In this document: in pieces, positions 24,717 through 38,534 of the stretch
How the letters are laid out: each line of letters starts with the position of its first letter
How positions within the stretch are numbered: position 1 is the stretch's first letter
Assembly (NCBI RefSeq): GCF_001194135.2
Contig: NC_068998.1
Location: forward strand, 34,560,061 to 34,624,060
From: Octopus bimaculoides
Taxonomy: Eukaryota
Direction of reading: 5' to 3'
Length of the DNA stretch: 64,000 nucleotides
Program-made: the position numbers and the translations under genes
The notes under the pieces: model-generated
Told to the model about the DNA's origin: nothing
What the model saw: the letters and a program-made list of their open reading frames with translations, nothing else
Database searches by the model: none

Positions 24717-25489
24717 ACACTAAATCTTTCATATCGCAACAAATAAATAATAGCACCTTACATGGGTGAAGAACTTTTTTAGCCTGGGGTCCTGGTATTT
24801 CTTCTTTCCCTACCCACTGTCTTCGGTGCTTGACATTTTTATAGACAAACCCATTTCTCATGACAAGTTACTATTTGGTCCAAAAAAGGTTCATTCGTGA
24901 GACATGACAGCAAAGAAGAGCACACATTCACTCTCTGCATGCGATTAGACTCAGAAAGTTTGTAACGAACTCATTGACACAATTTTCTGACTTTTCCAAT
25001 GGTATGCAGGTGTCAATGAATGGTTGAATGACCAAATTCAAGCTTCTCTGCTGTTATCATGGGATTTTGTTCCACCCGGGTTTGCAGGACGTCCTCATCA
25101 AGCTCTACAGATCTTCCAGGTTGTCACTCATCTTCTAGACTGTAGTTTCCATCTCAGAATTTCTGGAACCACCATTGACACTGGCTTACACTTATTGTCC
25201 AATCCCCATATACTGCATTAATATTCCTCACCCTTTCATTGCGTTGTTGCCTTCATTGAACTCATAAAGCAAAATAGGACGAATATGCTCCTTTGTCACT
25301 TCCATTATAGCTTTGAAAACGTTAACTGTTAAAATCGAACTGTACTCTTCAAAACTTGCATTAAGAATAAATAGAATGTAAAATTACTACTTGCTTTTAT
25401 AGAAAGTTAATGCAGGTAGTTTATCCCATCTCCCTCTGACTATTAATTCATGCAATTGAAAAAACTGCATTATTTATGGGATGACACAA
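24717..25489 (-). mobile_element. Mariner family M1, 3'-truncated
   Basis: TIR tatttatgggatgacacaa|ta; peptide RQWVGKEEIPGPQAKKVLHPCKVLL. Confidence 0.9.
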
Positions 25490-25495
25490 TATATA

Positions 25496-27700
25496 CACAG
25501 ACATGACAGAAGTAAATAGACACCCTTATAATCATTAAAATTTATTTAAATTTGGAATTATACATTCAAATTATTTGTTAATTGTTATAATGTGAATATT
25601 TAATATTTAGTAGACATGTCCTTTGCATTTTTCAATGCAAGGACCCTAATAGGAATGTTATTGATCAGATGACAAATATTCTGTTGTGGAATTTCTTGTC
25701 AAGTTTCATGCAGTAATCTCAAAAGATATGGCTTTGAAGATGCTTTTTTGTTCTTTTTATGAAGTGTCCTGTCCATTATGTCCCAGAGTTATTCAATAGG
25801 GTTCATATCTGGTGACTGGCTTGGTCATGGAAGCTTTTTAATGTCATTCTCATCCAACAAATCTAAGGTCATTTTAGCTGTATGACACGGAGCCCCATCT
25901 TCCATAAATAAAGAGTCTTCTTTAATCCTTTCACCACTGGAGAAAATTGAAAGGAGTCCTTTCTGCAATATGGACACATATTTATCTGAGTCGATGTTTC
26001 CCTCACACTCCACCAGCTCTGATTGACCATTGCTCCAAATTGCTCCCCAGACCATCACAGAATAGTTGCCGTGTTTCATTGTTGGCTGCAATCTTTTCAC
26101 ATCAAATTCTTCAACACAGGGTCTCCAGACCCACACTCAACCACTGTCAGGCAATACGGCAAATCTGGACCCATCAGAGAGTATGATAGTGTCCCAAAAT
26201 GCTAGTAGCCTTTCAACCATCTCACTAGCCTAATCTTTTCTCCGCTTGATGTTGGCTGGTCGAAGAAGTGGCTTCCTTCTTGCTGCTCTGCCAGACTAAC
26301 CAAGTTTTTGAAGATACCTGACAGCTATTCTGAGACCGACATCAACTTATTCTGCTGTCAGAGGATTATCCTCCACAACAAGGATTATCCTCCACACATC
26401 TTTTAGCAAAAAGAAGGGTCTTGTCAGAGGCTCTGGTTGATCAGGGTGAGGACATGTGAACTACTTCCCCTCTCTGGTGAATTGCACAATCACTCTATTA
26501 ACTCTAGAAAGTGGGAATCACAGGTTGTCTGTGATTTTACGCTATGTCCACCTTTAGAATGACCCACAATATGGCCTCTTTGAAATTCAGACAGTTCCAA
26601 GACTTCTTTTCGACATGGCATGATTAAATAGTCACATATAGAACCTGAAACATAAGAATATCAATTAATCATCATCATTAATCTGAGGCTCCAATCTGAT
26701 CTAGCAAGGTTTCTATAGATGGATGCCCTTCCTAACACCAACCACTCCGAGAGTGTAGTGGGTGCTTTTTACATGCCACAGGAATGGGGCCTGTCAAGTA
26801 ACATTGGTATCAACAACCCTCGAATGGTACTTTTTATGTGCAGCCAACATGAGAGCCAGTCAGGCAGCACTGGCATCAACCAAGCTCAACTGGTGCTTTT
26901 TACATGCTACCGACATGGGAACCAGTCAGATGGCACTGGCACTGATAACACCCAAATGGTACTTTTTATGTGCCACTGGCTCTAGTATCGGTCATGCTTG
27001 AATGGTGCTTTTTACATGCCACCAGCATTGATGCCAGCCAGATGGCGCTGGCATTAGCCATGACAACGATTTCGCTTGACTCAACAGGTCTTCTCAAGCA
27101 CACCATATTGCCCGACGATTGAAGCGTATTTTTAAATGGACCGGTTATGCGACACTGGCATCCGCTACAGCTACGATTTCCAGAGTCTTTTCAAGCACAG
27201 CATAGCTCCAAAGGTCTCAGTTGCTTGCCATTACTTCTGTGAGGCCCAACGTTCAAGGGGCATGCTTCACCACTTCAACCCAGGTCTTCTTGGGTCTACC
27301 TCTTCCACAGGTTACCTTCACTATGAGGGTGTGACACTTCTTCACACAGCTGTCCTCATCCATATGCAACACATGACTATACCAGCGCAGTTGTCTCACT
27401 TTCACACCACATCTGATGCTTCTTATGTCCAACTCTTCTCTCAGGGCGCTTACACTCTGTCATGTATGCACACTGACATTACACATCCAGAGGAGCATAC
27501 TAGCTTCATTTCTTTCAAGCCTACGCATGTCTTCAAGAGTCATAGCCCATGTTTCATTGCCATGTAGCATGGCTGTTCACACACATGCATCGTACAGTCT
27601 ACCTTTCACTTTGAGTGAGAAAAAACATAAACCTTTACGAGTTAGAATAAACATAGAATAATGTTTTATAGGACGTCTATTTACATCTGTCATGACTGTG
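25496..27700 (-). mobile_element. Tc1-family transposon with a nested RTE
   Basis: TA-flanked TIRs cacagacatgacagaagtaaatagac / gtctatttacatctgtcatgactgtg; ORF VMVWGAIW...FMEDGAPCHTAK; N-terminus MPCRKEVLELSEFQRGHIVG. Confidence 0.88.
26669..27619 (-). mobile_element. RTE LINE 3' fragment nested in the Tc1 element
   Basis: VKGRLYDACV...AMLHGNETW...CGRGRPKKTW followed by a repeat-rich UTR. Confidence 0.85.
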
Positions 27701-27702
27701 TA

Positions 27703-28560
27703 TATATAAACCTTATCATAAGCCCAATGAGAAGCGTTCCAACATGCACAAACAGTCTTGTTACCCCAGCCCCCATAGCATTTAAAACCTGATAGCCAAC
27801 ATTAACAACAGAATATCTAATTTCTCTACCACTAAAGGAATTTTCAAGAAAGCAGCCCCCTACTACAACAAATCTCTAGCCAATAGTGGCTTGAATGGTT
27901 AATTAATTTACAACCCTTCTAGTAATAATATGAATAACAAAAAATAGACCTAAAATGGACCTAGGAGAATAATTTGGCTTACCTGCCCCTCTTTTTCCCT
28001 TAATATTAAAACCAACGTCGGTAAAAAAATTCCTGTCTCTCTTAGATAAACATTTTCCTATTAATCACAGGCATAGAAAAATATTCAACAGTCACTCAGT
28101 CAAACTATCATGTAGCTGTGGCCCCAATATGAAGAGCATCGTTACACACAAACACTGCTAATAGCTTACTCCCAGTTGTAACTGTCTAGACCCAGGAACC
28201 TGTCCTATCGACCTTGGTGCATGATTAAATCTGTCATTTATGAGGCAGAAGTTACTGCAATACTAGATGACAACATGACATGGAAATCATTCAATGTCCT
28301 TCAGTTCTTCCATATGGGTGTGGATTGGATGATTTCAGTATCCAATTAACCAGAAGATTGCATTGAGCTATTTATCTCAGCCCTACCACACAGAACTCAA
28401 GAAATAAAACAAATTACTATGTAGCCATAAAGAGAACTGCTTAAACACTCAGCCACAGCTCATAGTTGTGGCCCAGGACTCAGTTCAATGTTGCTTACAG
28501 AATAGGAACTTATGATTGTTATTCAAAATCTCATTGATTTGATTATAAATGGTGTTATAA
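27703..28560 (+). mobile_element. Penelope-like element, C-terminal fragment
   Basis: YKPYHKPNE...RRIIWL...KTNVGKK/FLSLLDKHFP...CNCLDPGTCP...KSVIYEAEV, with stops and frameshifts. Confidence 0.8.
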
Positions 28561-28719
28561 GTCCATGTAATGGGATACAATAACTTTAACACTCATCATA
28601 TTTATACTTCAATTGAAAACATGAAGTCATCTCACCCAAGCGCTGACTAACATTGCTTCACTTCTCATTTGACTTCTTGTCCATAAGGTAACCCAAGATC
28701 CACTCTAGATTGTTTTCTT

Positions 28720-28870
28720 AAATACCTTATCACTCTAGCTTTCGGACAAAGTCTCCATTCATAGAATTTGTCAAAAGTTTTAGAGAAATCTGAAATAATG
28801 CTGTTTATCTGTTCGCCTTTGTTTAGCAGACATGCCAAGTTGTTCTTGACAGCTTTGTAGCAAATAGATT
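28720..28870 (-). mobile_element. CR1/L2-type reverse transcriptase fragment
   Basis: LNKGEQINSIISDFSKTFDK resembles the DFSKAFDKV motif. Confidence 0.6.
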
Positions 28871-29254
28871 CTGAGAAATCTCGGTGCTGTCATTGTAAAT
28901 ACTGTATATTTGTGTGTTTTGTTAATGCATTTGAGAATTAGAAGGAACACAGTTGCTTAACTTGACTGAGTGTACAACTTTATTATACTGTGCTGTGATT
29001 TTTTATTGGATTCACTCATTGGAATGCACCCATGCTGGAGCACTGCATTCAAGGGTTTTAGTTGAAGATATCAATCACAATATGTATTACAGTCTGGCAC
29101 TTATTTTATTAATCTCTGCTTGTTGAAATGAAGTAAGTTAAGGAATATAATGCAGCACAATATAATTACAAAAGTTTCTAAAATGACGCAAATGTGAATG
29201 CAAGCATAAACGTGGATGGACAGACAGATGGACACACACACGCACACGCACACG

Positions 29255-29310
<56 letters not shown>

Positions 29311-29416
29311 CATACCTATATTTATACATATGTGCATGCATACACAAACTCAGTTTCTGCACACTTTCTATGAGCCAAATTATGCTCACAGTGAATTGGT
29401 CAATGAGGGTCTACAG

Positions 29417-29731
29417 GAATGGTTCTCAATCGGGGTCCATATGACCCTTGGGGGGTCCATATGACCCTTGGGGGGTCCATATAGATTTTGGGGGTTCACA
29501 TGACCCTTGGGGGTCCATATATGATTTTGTTGTTAAGATTTATCTGCAATAAATTGGTCATACTTCTGCAATACACAAAATATTTCAACAATTTTTTATA
29601 CATTCCCTAATAATATTTGACTATAAAAATACTATAGGATTTTTTATTAAACATCAAATGGCTACGGGGTTCCAGAAGAGTAAAATAGGAAGCAAAAGGG
29701 TTCAAAGGCAAAATATGGTTGAAAACCACTT
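29417..29731. mobile_element. hAT (Charlie-like) MITE
   Basis: 13-bp TIRs close to CAGTGGTTCTCAA; 8-bp TSD gtctacag / gtctgcag; internal 20-bp tandem repeats. Confidence 0.7.
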
Positions 29732-30090
29732 GTCTGCAGTAAAAAGTACTTATCCAAGATATACCACATATCTTGCAATCACCCGCTTATGAAGTGAACT
29801 TCTTAACCACACAGATCCACCTGGACATAGTTTTATTTATAGTTTCGCTGTTCTCCATGTACATCAATCCTGTTAGACAGTTGTCAATAACCATATGGCT
29901 TAGAGATATATGATTCCCTTTGAGATGTACATGTTGTTAGTATGTATATTCTAGTAGTAATGTGTGGTATGTCATCTGCTGTAAAGTAATATATCTTCTT
30001 CCTGTACAGTGGCATTCACTCTACAATGGTATACAGTTTATTGCACATGTATATATATGAATTATGTATGCATGTATGTGTATGTATGTA

Positions 30091-30130
<40 letters not shown>

Positions 30131-30167
30131 NNNNNNNNNNATGTATGCATGTATGTGTATGTATGTA

Positions 30168-30199
<32 letters not shown>

Positions 30200-30574
30200 C
30201 ACCCACATACACAGACACGCACCTATATACATTTTCACATACATGCCAACACACACACCTATATTATATACATACTCGCATACACGCCCATACACATGTA
30301 TATGTACATGTGTACACATGCAACCATGTATGAACATGCATACAAGCATCAATGTGTACGTACACCCCTCATACATGCATACACACACATGTAGATATGC
30401 AAATACACACACATATGCACACACACATACATGCATGCATGCTCATATGTACACAGACATATATTACATTCACATGTGTATGCACACACACACACAAACC
30501 TATACATACATGCACGTGCATGTACACACACACACATATGCATACAAGCTTATACACACACCAGCCAGACTCAC

Positions 30575-30785
30575 TGATGCTTGTCAGTTTCCTGTCCACC
30601 AATACAATAAAAAAAATTCTGTCTCTGATAGAACTTGTGTTGCTTGCCAAGCAACATTATCTACCGTAACATGATGTAACCTTCTTTGACCAACAGCAGC
30701 CCCTCTTCTGACAGCCATCTTGGCCTTCCTGAGCCTCTTCATTTGACCATTCCATAACCTGAAGGACATGGGCTCCATTAGGGGC
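30575..30785 (-). CDS. Candidate exon PLMEPMSFRLWNGQMKRLRKAKMAVRRGAAVGQRRLHHVTVDNVAWQATQVLSETEFFLLYWWTGN*QAS, with an in-frame TGA
   Basis: Acceptor gttttgcag|, donor TCA|GTGAGT, GC-richer and protein-like. TGA at 30584-30586; the other two frames also contain a stop. Confidence 0.4.
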
Positions 30786-31072
30786 CTGCAAAACTTGAAT
30801 TAACAGAGAATCTGAATCAAACAGTTTTAAATGATACATGTAGCTCCTATTAAATGTGTTGAGTGCCCTTTTCTTTCATTTGTCCATTCATTTGTGTGTG
30901 TGTGTGTGTGTGTGGTGTGTGTGTGTGTGTGTGTGTGCGTGTGTGCGCGTGTATGTGAAGAGTAGCCTGTGGTATATACCTCACTTGAATATTTACCACT
31001 TCCGAGGTTCCGCTTACTTCTCATTATAAAACATATGTAGCCCAGATTTTATTTACTCCATTCCTTAACTGT

Positions 31073-31103
<31 letters not shown>

Positions 31104-31699
31104 CAAGAATAAGGGCAGGGAATCATCAATTAATAATAGAATTAATAATTAACAATTTTGCCAAGTAGTTCAGTATGAAAAAACCTTTATCGGTAAAACC
31201 ATTTANNNNNNNNNNNNNNNNNNNNNNNNNNNNNNNNNNNNNNNNNNNNNNNNNNNNNNNNNNNNNNNNNNNNNNNNNNNNNNNNNNNNNNNNNNNNNNN
31301 NNNNNNNNNNNNNNNNNNNNNNNNNNNNNNNNNNNNNNNNNNNNNNNNNNNNNNNNNNNNNNNNNNNNNNNNNNNNNNNNNNNNNNNNNNNNNNNNNNNN
31401 NNNNNNNNNNNNNNNNNNNNNNNNNNNNNNNNNNNNNNNNNNNNNNNNNNNNNNNNNNNNNNNNNNNNNNNNNNNNNNNNNNNNNNNNNNNNNTATATAT
31501 ATATATATATATATATTCTTTTACTTGTTTCAGTCATTTTGACAGCAGTTATGTTGGAGCACTACCTTAAAAAGTTTTCAGTTGAAGCAATCAGCCCCAG
31601 GACTTGTTCTTTGTAAGCTTAGTACTTACAAAGGTATGCACAGATATATAGGCTGAGTAGTTGGTGGAGGTTTGTACATGGGTCTGCAGATGAGATTTG

Positions 31700-33800
31700 A
31701 GCCCAGCAAGAGAAAGGCATGGTCTGTCACAAACTGTGCACACAAAAAGGAAACTGAAATTCACCTTCTTGATTGCAACATTCTTCTTTAAATTTCTCTT
31801 GCATGTGTCATCCTGACCTCCTCAAAAGTTTTCCCTCCACTCCACACTTTAGTTTGCATCCCGCTCAATCTGAAGCAACGGTTTCTATGGCCCTTGGAGC
31901 CACTCCAAGTGACTTCATGGTAGTCCTTATGCCATCCTTAAACCTCTTTTTAAGTTTACACCAATCGTGTTTCCCCTCTGCAAGCTCACCATAAAACAGC
32001 TGTTTGGGTGTACATTCATCCAACATTCAGACAATATGGCCAGACCATCTCATCTGATTTTTCAGAATACTTGATTTAATTGAAGTAATACCTGCAGATG
32101 CAAAGACATTTGTGTCTGGAGTAAGAAAAGCCCCATTTAATGTTTAAAATATAGCGAAGGCATTTTTGGTGGAATTGTTCTAACAATTTGAAATGTCTTT
32201 CATAAAACATCCATGCTTCAGAAGAATACAACAGGGATGGTAAGACAAACGATTTGTACAGAGCCAATTTTGTGTTGTTATTTATATGTCGGTGGCACCA
32301 AACGTGTGACTCCAAACCACCAAATACTTGTGCTGCCTTTTGTTGCAGATGTATTTCTGTGTCCAGATTTCCATAATTTTGGACAGAGCTTCTGAGGTTG
32401 ATGAAAGAGTCAACAACTTCAAGTAAACTTAACCTTAACAAAAATTTTAGGCAGGTTGCAAACAGTACCATGTGAAGGTTGATACATTACAACAGTTTTT
32501 TTCAAGTTGATGGTCAAGCCAAAATCACCACAAGTTGAGTAAAATGCAGATACAAGAGATTGCAGAACTGTTTCAGAATGACTGACTAGATCGTAATTGT
32601 CAGCGTGTAAGAGTTCACCAATGAGTGAAGTAAAAACTTTCGTTTTGAATTTCAAGTCTGGTCAGATTAAAAACATTACCTGTTGTTCGATATTTTATGT
32701 AAATACCCCACTTGGAGTTTTGAAAAGCCTGTGACAACACAACAGCAAAATATTTTGCAAAGTGAGTAGGTGCATCAAGGTCTCCTTGCTTTACTCCGTT
32801 TTCCACAGCAAAAGATTCAGAAAGCCTACCACCAAAATTAACTCTAGCTTTCATATTTTGATGCAACACCCTGATCATGTTCACAAATTTTTCTGGGCAA
32901 CCTATTTTCCTTGGAATTAGCCACAGAGCATTTCAATTAACAGTATCAAATGCTGTGCTCAAATCAACAAAGCAATGGTATTGAGCAAGATTCTGTTCAA
33001 TACACTTTTCTTGTAATTGTCTGATAGTAAAGATACAATCAACTGTGCCTCCTGGAGGAGCAAAAATCACGTTGAGACTCAGACACTATATTTGGAATTA
33101 TGAAAGTGTTTAAACATTCTAACAGAATGTGGGCAAGTACCTTTCCAACTACAGACAAATGTGAAATCCCACACAGATCCTTTGGCTCTGATTTATACAA
33201 GGAGATTAAAATGGCATTAATCCAGTCTTGAGGCACTTCCTCAGTTCTCCAACGGTGACAAATCAAACATTTTGTCACCCCACCATATTTCAAGATTTCT
33301 GCACAGATTCCATCAGACCCTGGAGACTTATTGTTATTCAGCTTATTCACAGCTAAATAAATGTCATTTAGGGTTGGTTTAAATGCCATCTTCTCTATAA
33401 CTGGAAGTTGCTCAATTTTTTCTATCATTCTCATGTCAATAGATGGTCTCTTCAAAAGTGCAGTTAAATGTTCTACCCAGCACTTGAGATTAGAAGTTGT
33501 GTCAGTCAAAAGTAAATGTCCATTTGTTGTTCTCACTGAAACTATTGAAGATTGAACATAAGAGTAGAAACCCTTGGTGTAATTTCTATCAGTTGTTTTT
33601 TGTGCCTCTTTTGCCCTGTCATTCCACCATTCCTATTTAATTTTCCTTAGAGCAGCCTGTACTTATCCTTTCAGCTTTCTGTAAGCTTTGTTTGAGTTGG
33701 GGTTCAAGGACTAAGAAGTGTATTGCCTAAGTTTTGTTTTTCTAAAAGTAGATCATGAATTTCTGCTGATCGACCTGAGAACCAATCACTGGACTTATGT
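31700..33800 (-). mobile_element. RTE (BovB-like) LINE, 5'-truncated and decayed
   Basis: KSPGSDGICAE, VPQDW, GVKQGD, ELLHADN, GLTINLKKT and LLYSSEAW motifs spread over frameshifted ORFs. Confidence 0.9.
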
Positions 33801-33939
33801 GATTTAAATCCCACTGATGAACTTGCAGTCTGAAATACTTTTGTTTGAAATTTCCTCATAGATTGTTTGGATACTTTCTATAGCATCATGGAATCTCTGC
33901 AAGTTGCTTGGTAATTTGNNNNNNNNNNATATATATACA

Positions 33940-33974
<35 letters not shown>

Positions 33975-34124
33975 TGTGGGCCAAAAGTCATGCATCAAAA
34001 CATTTGATTTTTTTTTATATTGCCTTATTATTATTTATTTTGTTCATCTTGTGTATTCATTGTTATTTTATTTATTCTATTCAATTTTAGAAAATTTGTT
34101 TTTGAAGTGTGCAATATATAGGTG

Positions 34125-34330
34125 CAGGAGTGGCTGTGTGGTAAATAACTTGCTTACCAACCACATGGTTCTGGGTTCAGTCCCACTGCATGGCATTTTA
34201 GGCAAGTGTCTTCTACTANNNNNNNNNNTCCCACTGCATGGCATTTTAGGCAAGTGTCTTCTACTATAGCTTCGGACTGATCAAAGCCTTGTGAGTGGAT
34301 TTGGTAAACGGAAACTGGAAGAAGCCCATC
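34125..34330 (+). mobile_element. SINE type A head spanning a 10-N gap
   Basis: ggagtggctgtgtggtaa...gggttcagtcccactgc. Confidence 0.8.
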
Positions 34331-34339
34331 AAGTGTTGT

Positions 34340-34589
34340 TACCTTTGTTGATAACAAGAAGTTTCTTTCTTAGAGTAAAAGGAAAATTTTATGATGCTTG
34401 CATGTGAACTGTGATGCTACATGGTAGTGAAATATGGGTCTTGAGAGCAGAGGACTTGTGAAGACTAGAAAAACTTGTCAGTGTGTCAGATAAAATGTGA
34501 TGCAATATTTCCTGTTCTTTGTACACTGAAGTCAGCTTTGCATGTCAATCTTCAGCATTGATAAATAAAGTAGTAAGCCAGTGTCGGTA

Positions 34590-34659
<70 letters not shown>

Positions 34660-34800
34660 GGTATCAGTCACATCCTGGATGCTCTACTTGACCAAGAGCA
34701 GAAGGGCCAAGAAAACGTTTATGTCTGATTATGACTTCATGAGCTCCTAAAACTATTCATTAAATCCAAGTCATCTTTGACTCTGACAGTTATAGTTATA
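34340..34800 (+). mobile_element. Degenerate RTE ORF2 3' fragment interrupted by (TC)n
   Basis: LRVKGKFYDACM*TVMLHGSEIW. Confidence 0.6.
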
Positions 34801-35807
34801 TAAGGAGACATATCACCATGGTTACTGTATACATGATATCACTGGATCTTAGAAACCCAAAAGGTATGAAAGGACAAGTGGTTGCTATAGAAACTAAGTG
34901 CTTCCAGGTCATCTTTGTTCAAACTGATTGATGATCAAAGGCATTCCAGCCATGACCATATTTTCTTTTTCTCAGTTACTGTATATCTGGTATCTAGGAC
35001 CACATTGTCAATATCTCCCCAGTTTTAATGTGATAGCATGTGAATTTATGGAGATTTGGTTGCTATTTCTAACAAATTGAGCAACTAAATAGAGACTTCT
35101 TCATTGGCTCAATAAACAGCTTTGTATTGTATTGAGACAGACAGATAGTTAACGTAGCAGAAGAAACAATTACGATGGTCACATAATGGGACAAAGTGTT
35201 ACTATAGCAACATAACAGGACAGCCAAGTAGTAGCAATCAACTTTATTGAACAGCTTCATTAGAATTGTTGTTGTTGTCATCATCATCGTCATCACTGCT
35301 GCTGCTGCTGTTACTATTATTACTGTTGTTGTTGGTGTTCTTCTTCAGCTGCACCAGTCAAGTCTAATGCAACATGTAATAGCCAAACAACATTTTCTAA
35401 AATGTATTTTCAATAATAGGGAGAGAAGAATAATGCCCAATACCCATGACCCTTTATTTTGAGGCTTATGATTCTGATGAGATGAAGAGTGGAAGTGATC
35501 CACATACTGAAGGCCTAGCCAAAATGTCTGCAACAGAGGGAACTTTACTAAAGGCATCCAAGTGCCAGGTGGTGGATTAAATCTTCCATTTAAAAATTCA
35601 GAACACAAAAACCCAGAACAAGTACTACAAGGTAGCATGTTTGATGCCCTAACAACTGATTCTTAATTTTATTGAACACAAAAGACAAAGTTCACCAAGT
35701 AATGATATTAATCCTCATTTATTTTGTGAATGTTTTCAATGATGTAGCATGGATTTTGACTGCTCTGTATGGCAGCCAAATTGACGACTTTCTTCCTTAA
35801 GCTTGAC

Positions 35808-35881
35808 CTATCTTTGACCACAGAAAACTTTTGTATATAATGTTGCTGACCTATATGGTCTAGACATCTAAAGCTTCTCCA
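35808..35881 (-). CDS. Weak candidate exon WRSFRCLDHIGQQHYIQKFSVVKD
   Basis: Strong acceptor tttttatcatcag| and one open frame (57 codons). The donor TAG|GTCAAG was chosen partly because its phase fits. Confidence 0.2.
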
Positions 35882-35959
35882 CTGATGATAAAAATGACAA
35901 AAAAAGTTTATTTCAAATAATTCTTGAATGTTTACACTTATGTCAAAAATATATTTTAA

Positions 35960-36159
35960 CCCTTTGGTATAAATATTACTCTATCAACATTAGTTTAAAT
36001 TAATCATGCATTATCAAGCAGCTTCGAAATTTTGATGATATTATTGTTTATTTTTACCATGACAATGATAGGTACATATAAGAAGCTGGATCTAACAAGC
36101 CTGAAATTAAAATGGGTAGAATATTTGGGCTGGATATGGCTGGTTTGAATGCTAACGGA
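35960..36159. mobile_element. piggyBac-like MITE
   Basis: TTAA on both sides; degenerate ccctttggtat / atgctaacgga termini. Confidence 0.5.
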
Positions 36160-36666
36160 TTAAAGCTAAACATTTAAAATGTCTACATTATTTACATTAT
36201 CTACATTTGACGGATATTCGTTTAAAATGTTGTTTTATGAATATCCTTTCTTCTCACATATATTCTAGTCCATAATGTGAGTATACTGTTTTACAGTCCT
36301 TCAAAGTTAAGAGAAAAAGTATTTGTCACAAGTTGAAAGTTAACCCAGAATGATCCACACTAATTCAGGTCTTTATGGGGAGCTTCAATATGCATTTTTA
36401 TTTTATTAGTATACTGTATACTTTGATGAAATATGGTGGGTTGCCTGTCATATTAATTTTACAAAACTGACTACAAACAAAGAGACTGAATTTTTCTCTC
36501 TCTATATATATATATACAAACTTACACACATACACAAACATGCATTCTTGTATGTGTATCTGTGTATGTGCATATATATATATATATATATATGTGTGTA
36601 TATATTTATATGTACATATATGCATGTATGTATGTATGTATGTATGTATGTAGGTAGGTAGGTAGG

Positions 36667-36758
<92 letters not shown>

Positions 36759-37050
36759 TCTTAAAAATCCAACCTTGTATTCATAAAACTCAATATCCAT
36801 AACATTATTGCATTTATTTGAAAAATTCTTATACAAATCAGCCAGATTTTTCAAATAGAAAAAAATGAAAATAAAAGGAAATTTCAGAATCTCCATGTAC
36901 AGCTCATGGATATCACATTTTATTACATAAATACAGCATACCACCAAAAGACGCTAGCAAAATATCCAACATCCACAAAATAATTATCTGTATGCTCACA
37001 ATTCCATTTATCTATCTGTCTATCACTTTCTCTGTCTATTTCTTTCTCTC

Positions 37051-37141
<91 letters not shown>

Positions 37142-37957
37142 GCCAGCATATACATACATGTATTTATAGAACCAAATATATGACAGCCAGTATGTCTATA
37201 TTTCTCTATCTACATTTACCTATCCAAATATAAATCAGAATATACCTTAAACTTACTAGCCTATTAAGATAACAATTCAATGAGAATTATTTTGCTATAC
37301 ATTGAATAGTAATCTACTATGTCAATTTGTGTTTAAAAAAATAGTTCTTTTATTTCTGATAAATGAAAACCAACTAATTACAGATTTGTCATATTCCCAT
37401 TGAACCAATGTAGAACATTTTTGTCTACTGTTATTCATCGTTTTTAATATATGTGGTTCCCCATTGTGGCCAGTTCATATGAAGGAGATAATCTTTTTTT
37501 CATAGTATTTGAATTTGAAATTAAGGGATAAGGAAAAAAGATCTATGGAATACACACTCAGTTACATGTGTAGCTATATCCTTGGTTGAGGATTTAATTG
37601 GAATGATGCTTATAATTCAGCTGCTGTGCATTAAAATAATAGAATTCCACTGGTGGAAGAATTTAAGTAATAGGGTGTAATAATTTTGAATGAGAGAGAA
37701 ATCAACACAGTGATGGATGGTCTGATCATTTTAATGATATTCAGTTTCATTTCAATATGACATTCAGTCAGCTCATCGCGTAACAATTATGCCATCTTTA
37801 TTCTGTGGATGGTGTAATAACAATTTAAAAAAACTATAAATTTCAAATAACTCTTTAATAAGGCTTGGTTGGTGCATCTCTTTATGTTTCTATATAAAAA
37901 AAGAATGTGTACACGTGCACACACACTCACACACACACACACACACACACACATAGG

Positions 37958-38108
37958 TTTTGCATTCTGAGTTCAAATTCCACCAAGGTTGACTTTGCTT
38001 TTCATCCTTTCAGGGTTGATAAACCAAGTGCCGGTCGAGCGCTGGAGTCAATGCAATCGAGTTACCCCCTCCCCCAGCATTTCAAGCTTTGTGCTAGCAG
38101 TAGAAACA
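37958..38108 (+). mobile_element. Nin-domain-like SINE, partial
   Basis: gagttcaaattccaccaaggttgactttgcttttcatcctttcagggttgataaac. Confidence 0.65.
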
Positions 38109-38534
38109 ATACATGTATATATTAACCTTAAACAACTAAAAGAAAATTTATAAATTCTTTTCTCATCTCTCATGTATTCTAATGAATGGTACATCTTTAA
38201 TTTATGCAAGCATCCAAAGATACCTGATAAAAAAATAATCATTGAAAATTTGTTAAATCAAGGAAGCAACTCTGCATAATTCCCTGACTAACATCAAGAT
38301 AAGTTTCTATCGAAACATTAATTTTGTCGAAATAAGATTCCTATTTTAGATTGGAACCCTGATCAGAAGCTAAAGTAATTACAATGATACCTTCCCAGTG
38401 AGGAATTACACAGAAAGAACCTTGTTCTATGTGTTTTGAAAGTATACTCACTACATACATCTATCATAACATACATATACATATATATACAGTGTGTGTT
38501 TATGTACTTTTATACATGTTTATGAGGACATGTT

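Noticed and set aside
35345-35638. 97-aa minus ORF with FNPPPGTWMPLVKFP
   Set aside because: Protein-like frames occur on both strands and no convincing in-phase donor was found; unresolved.
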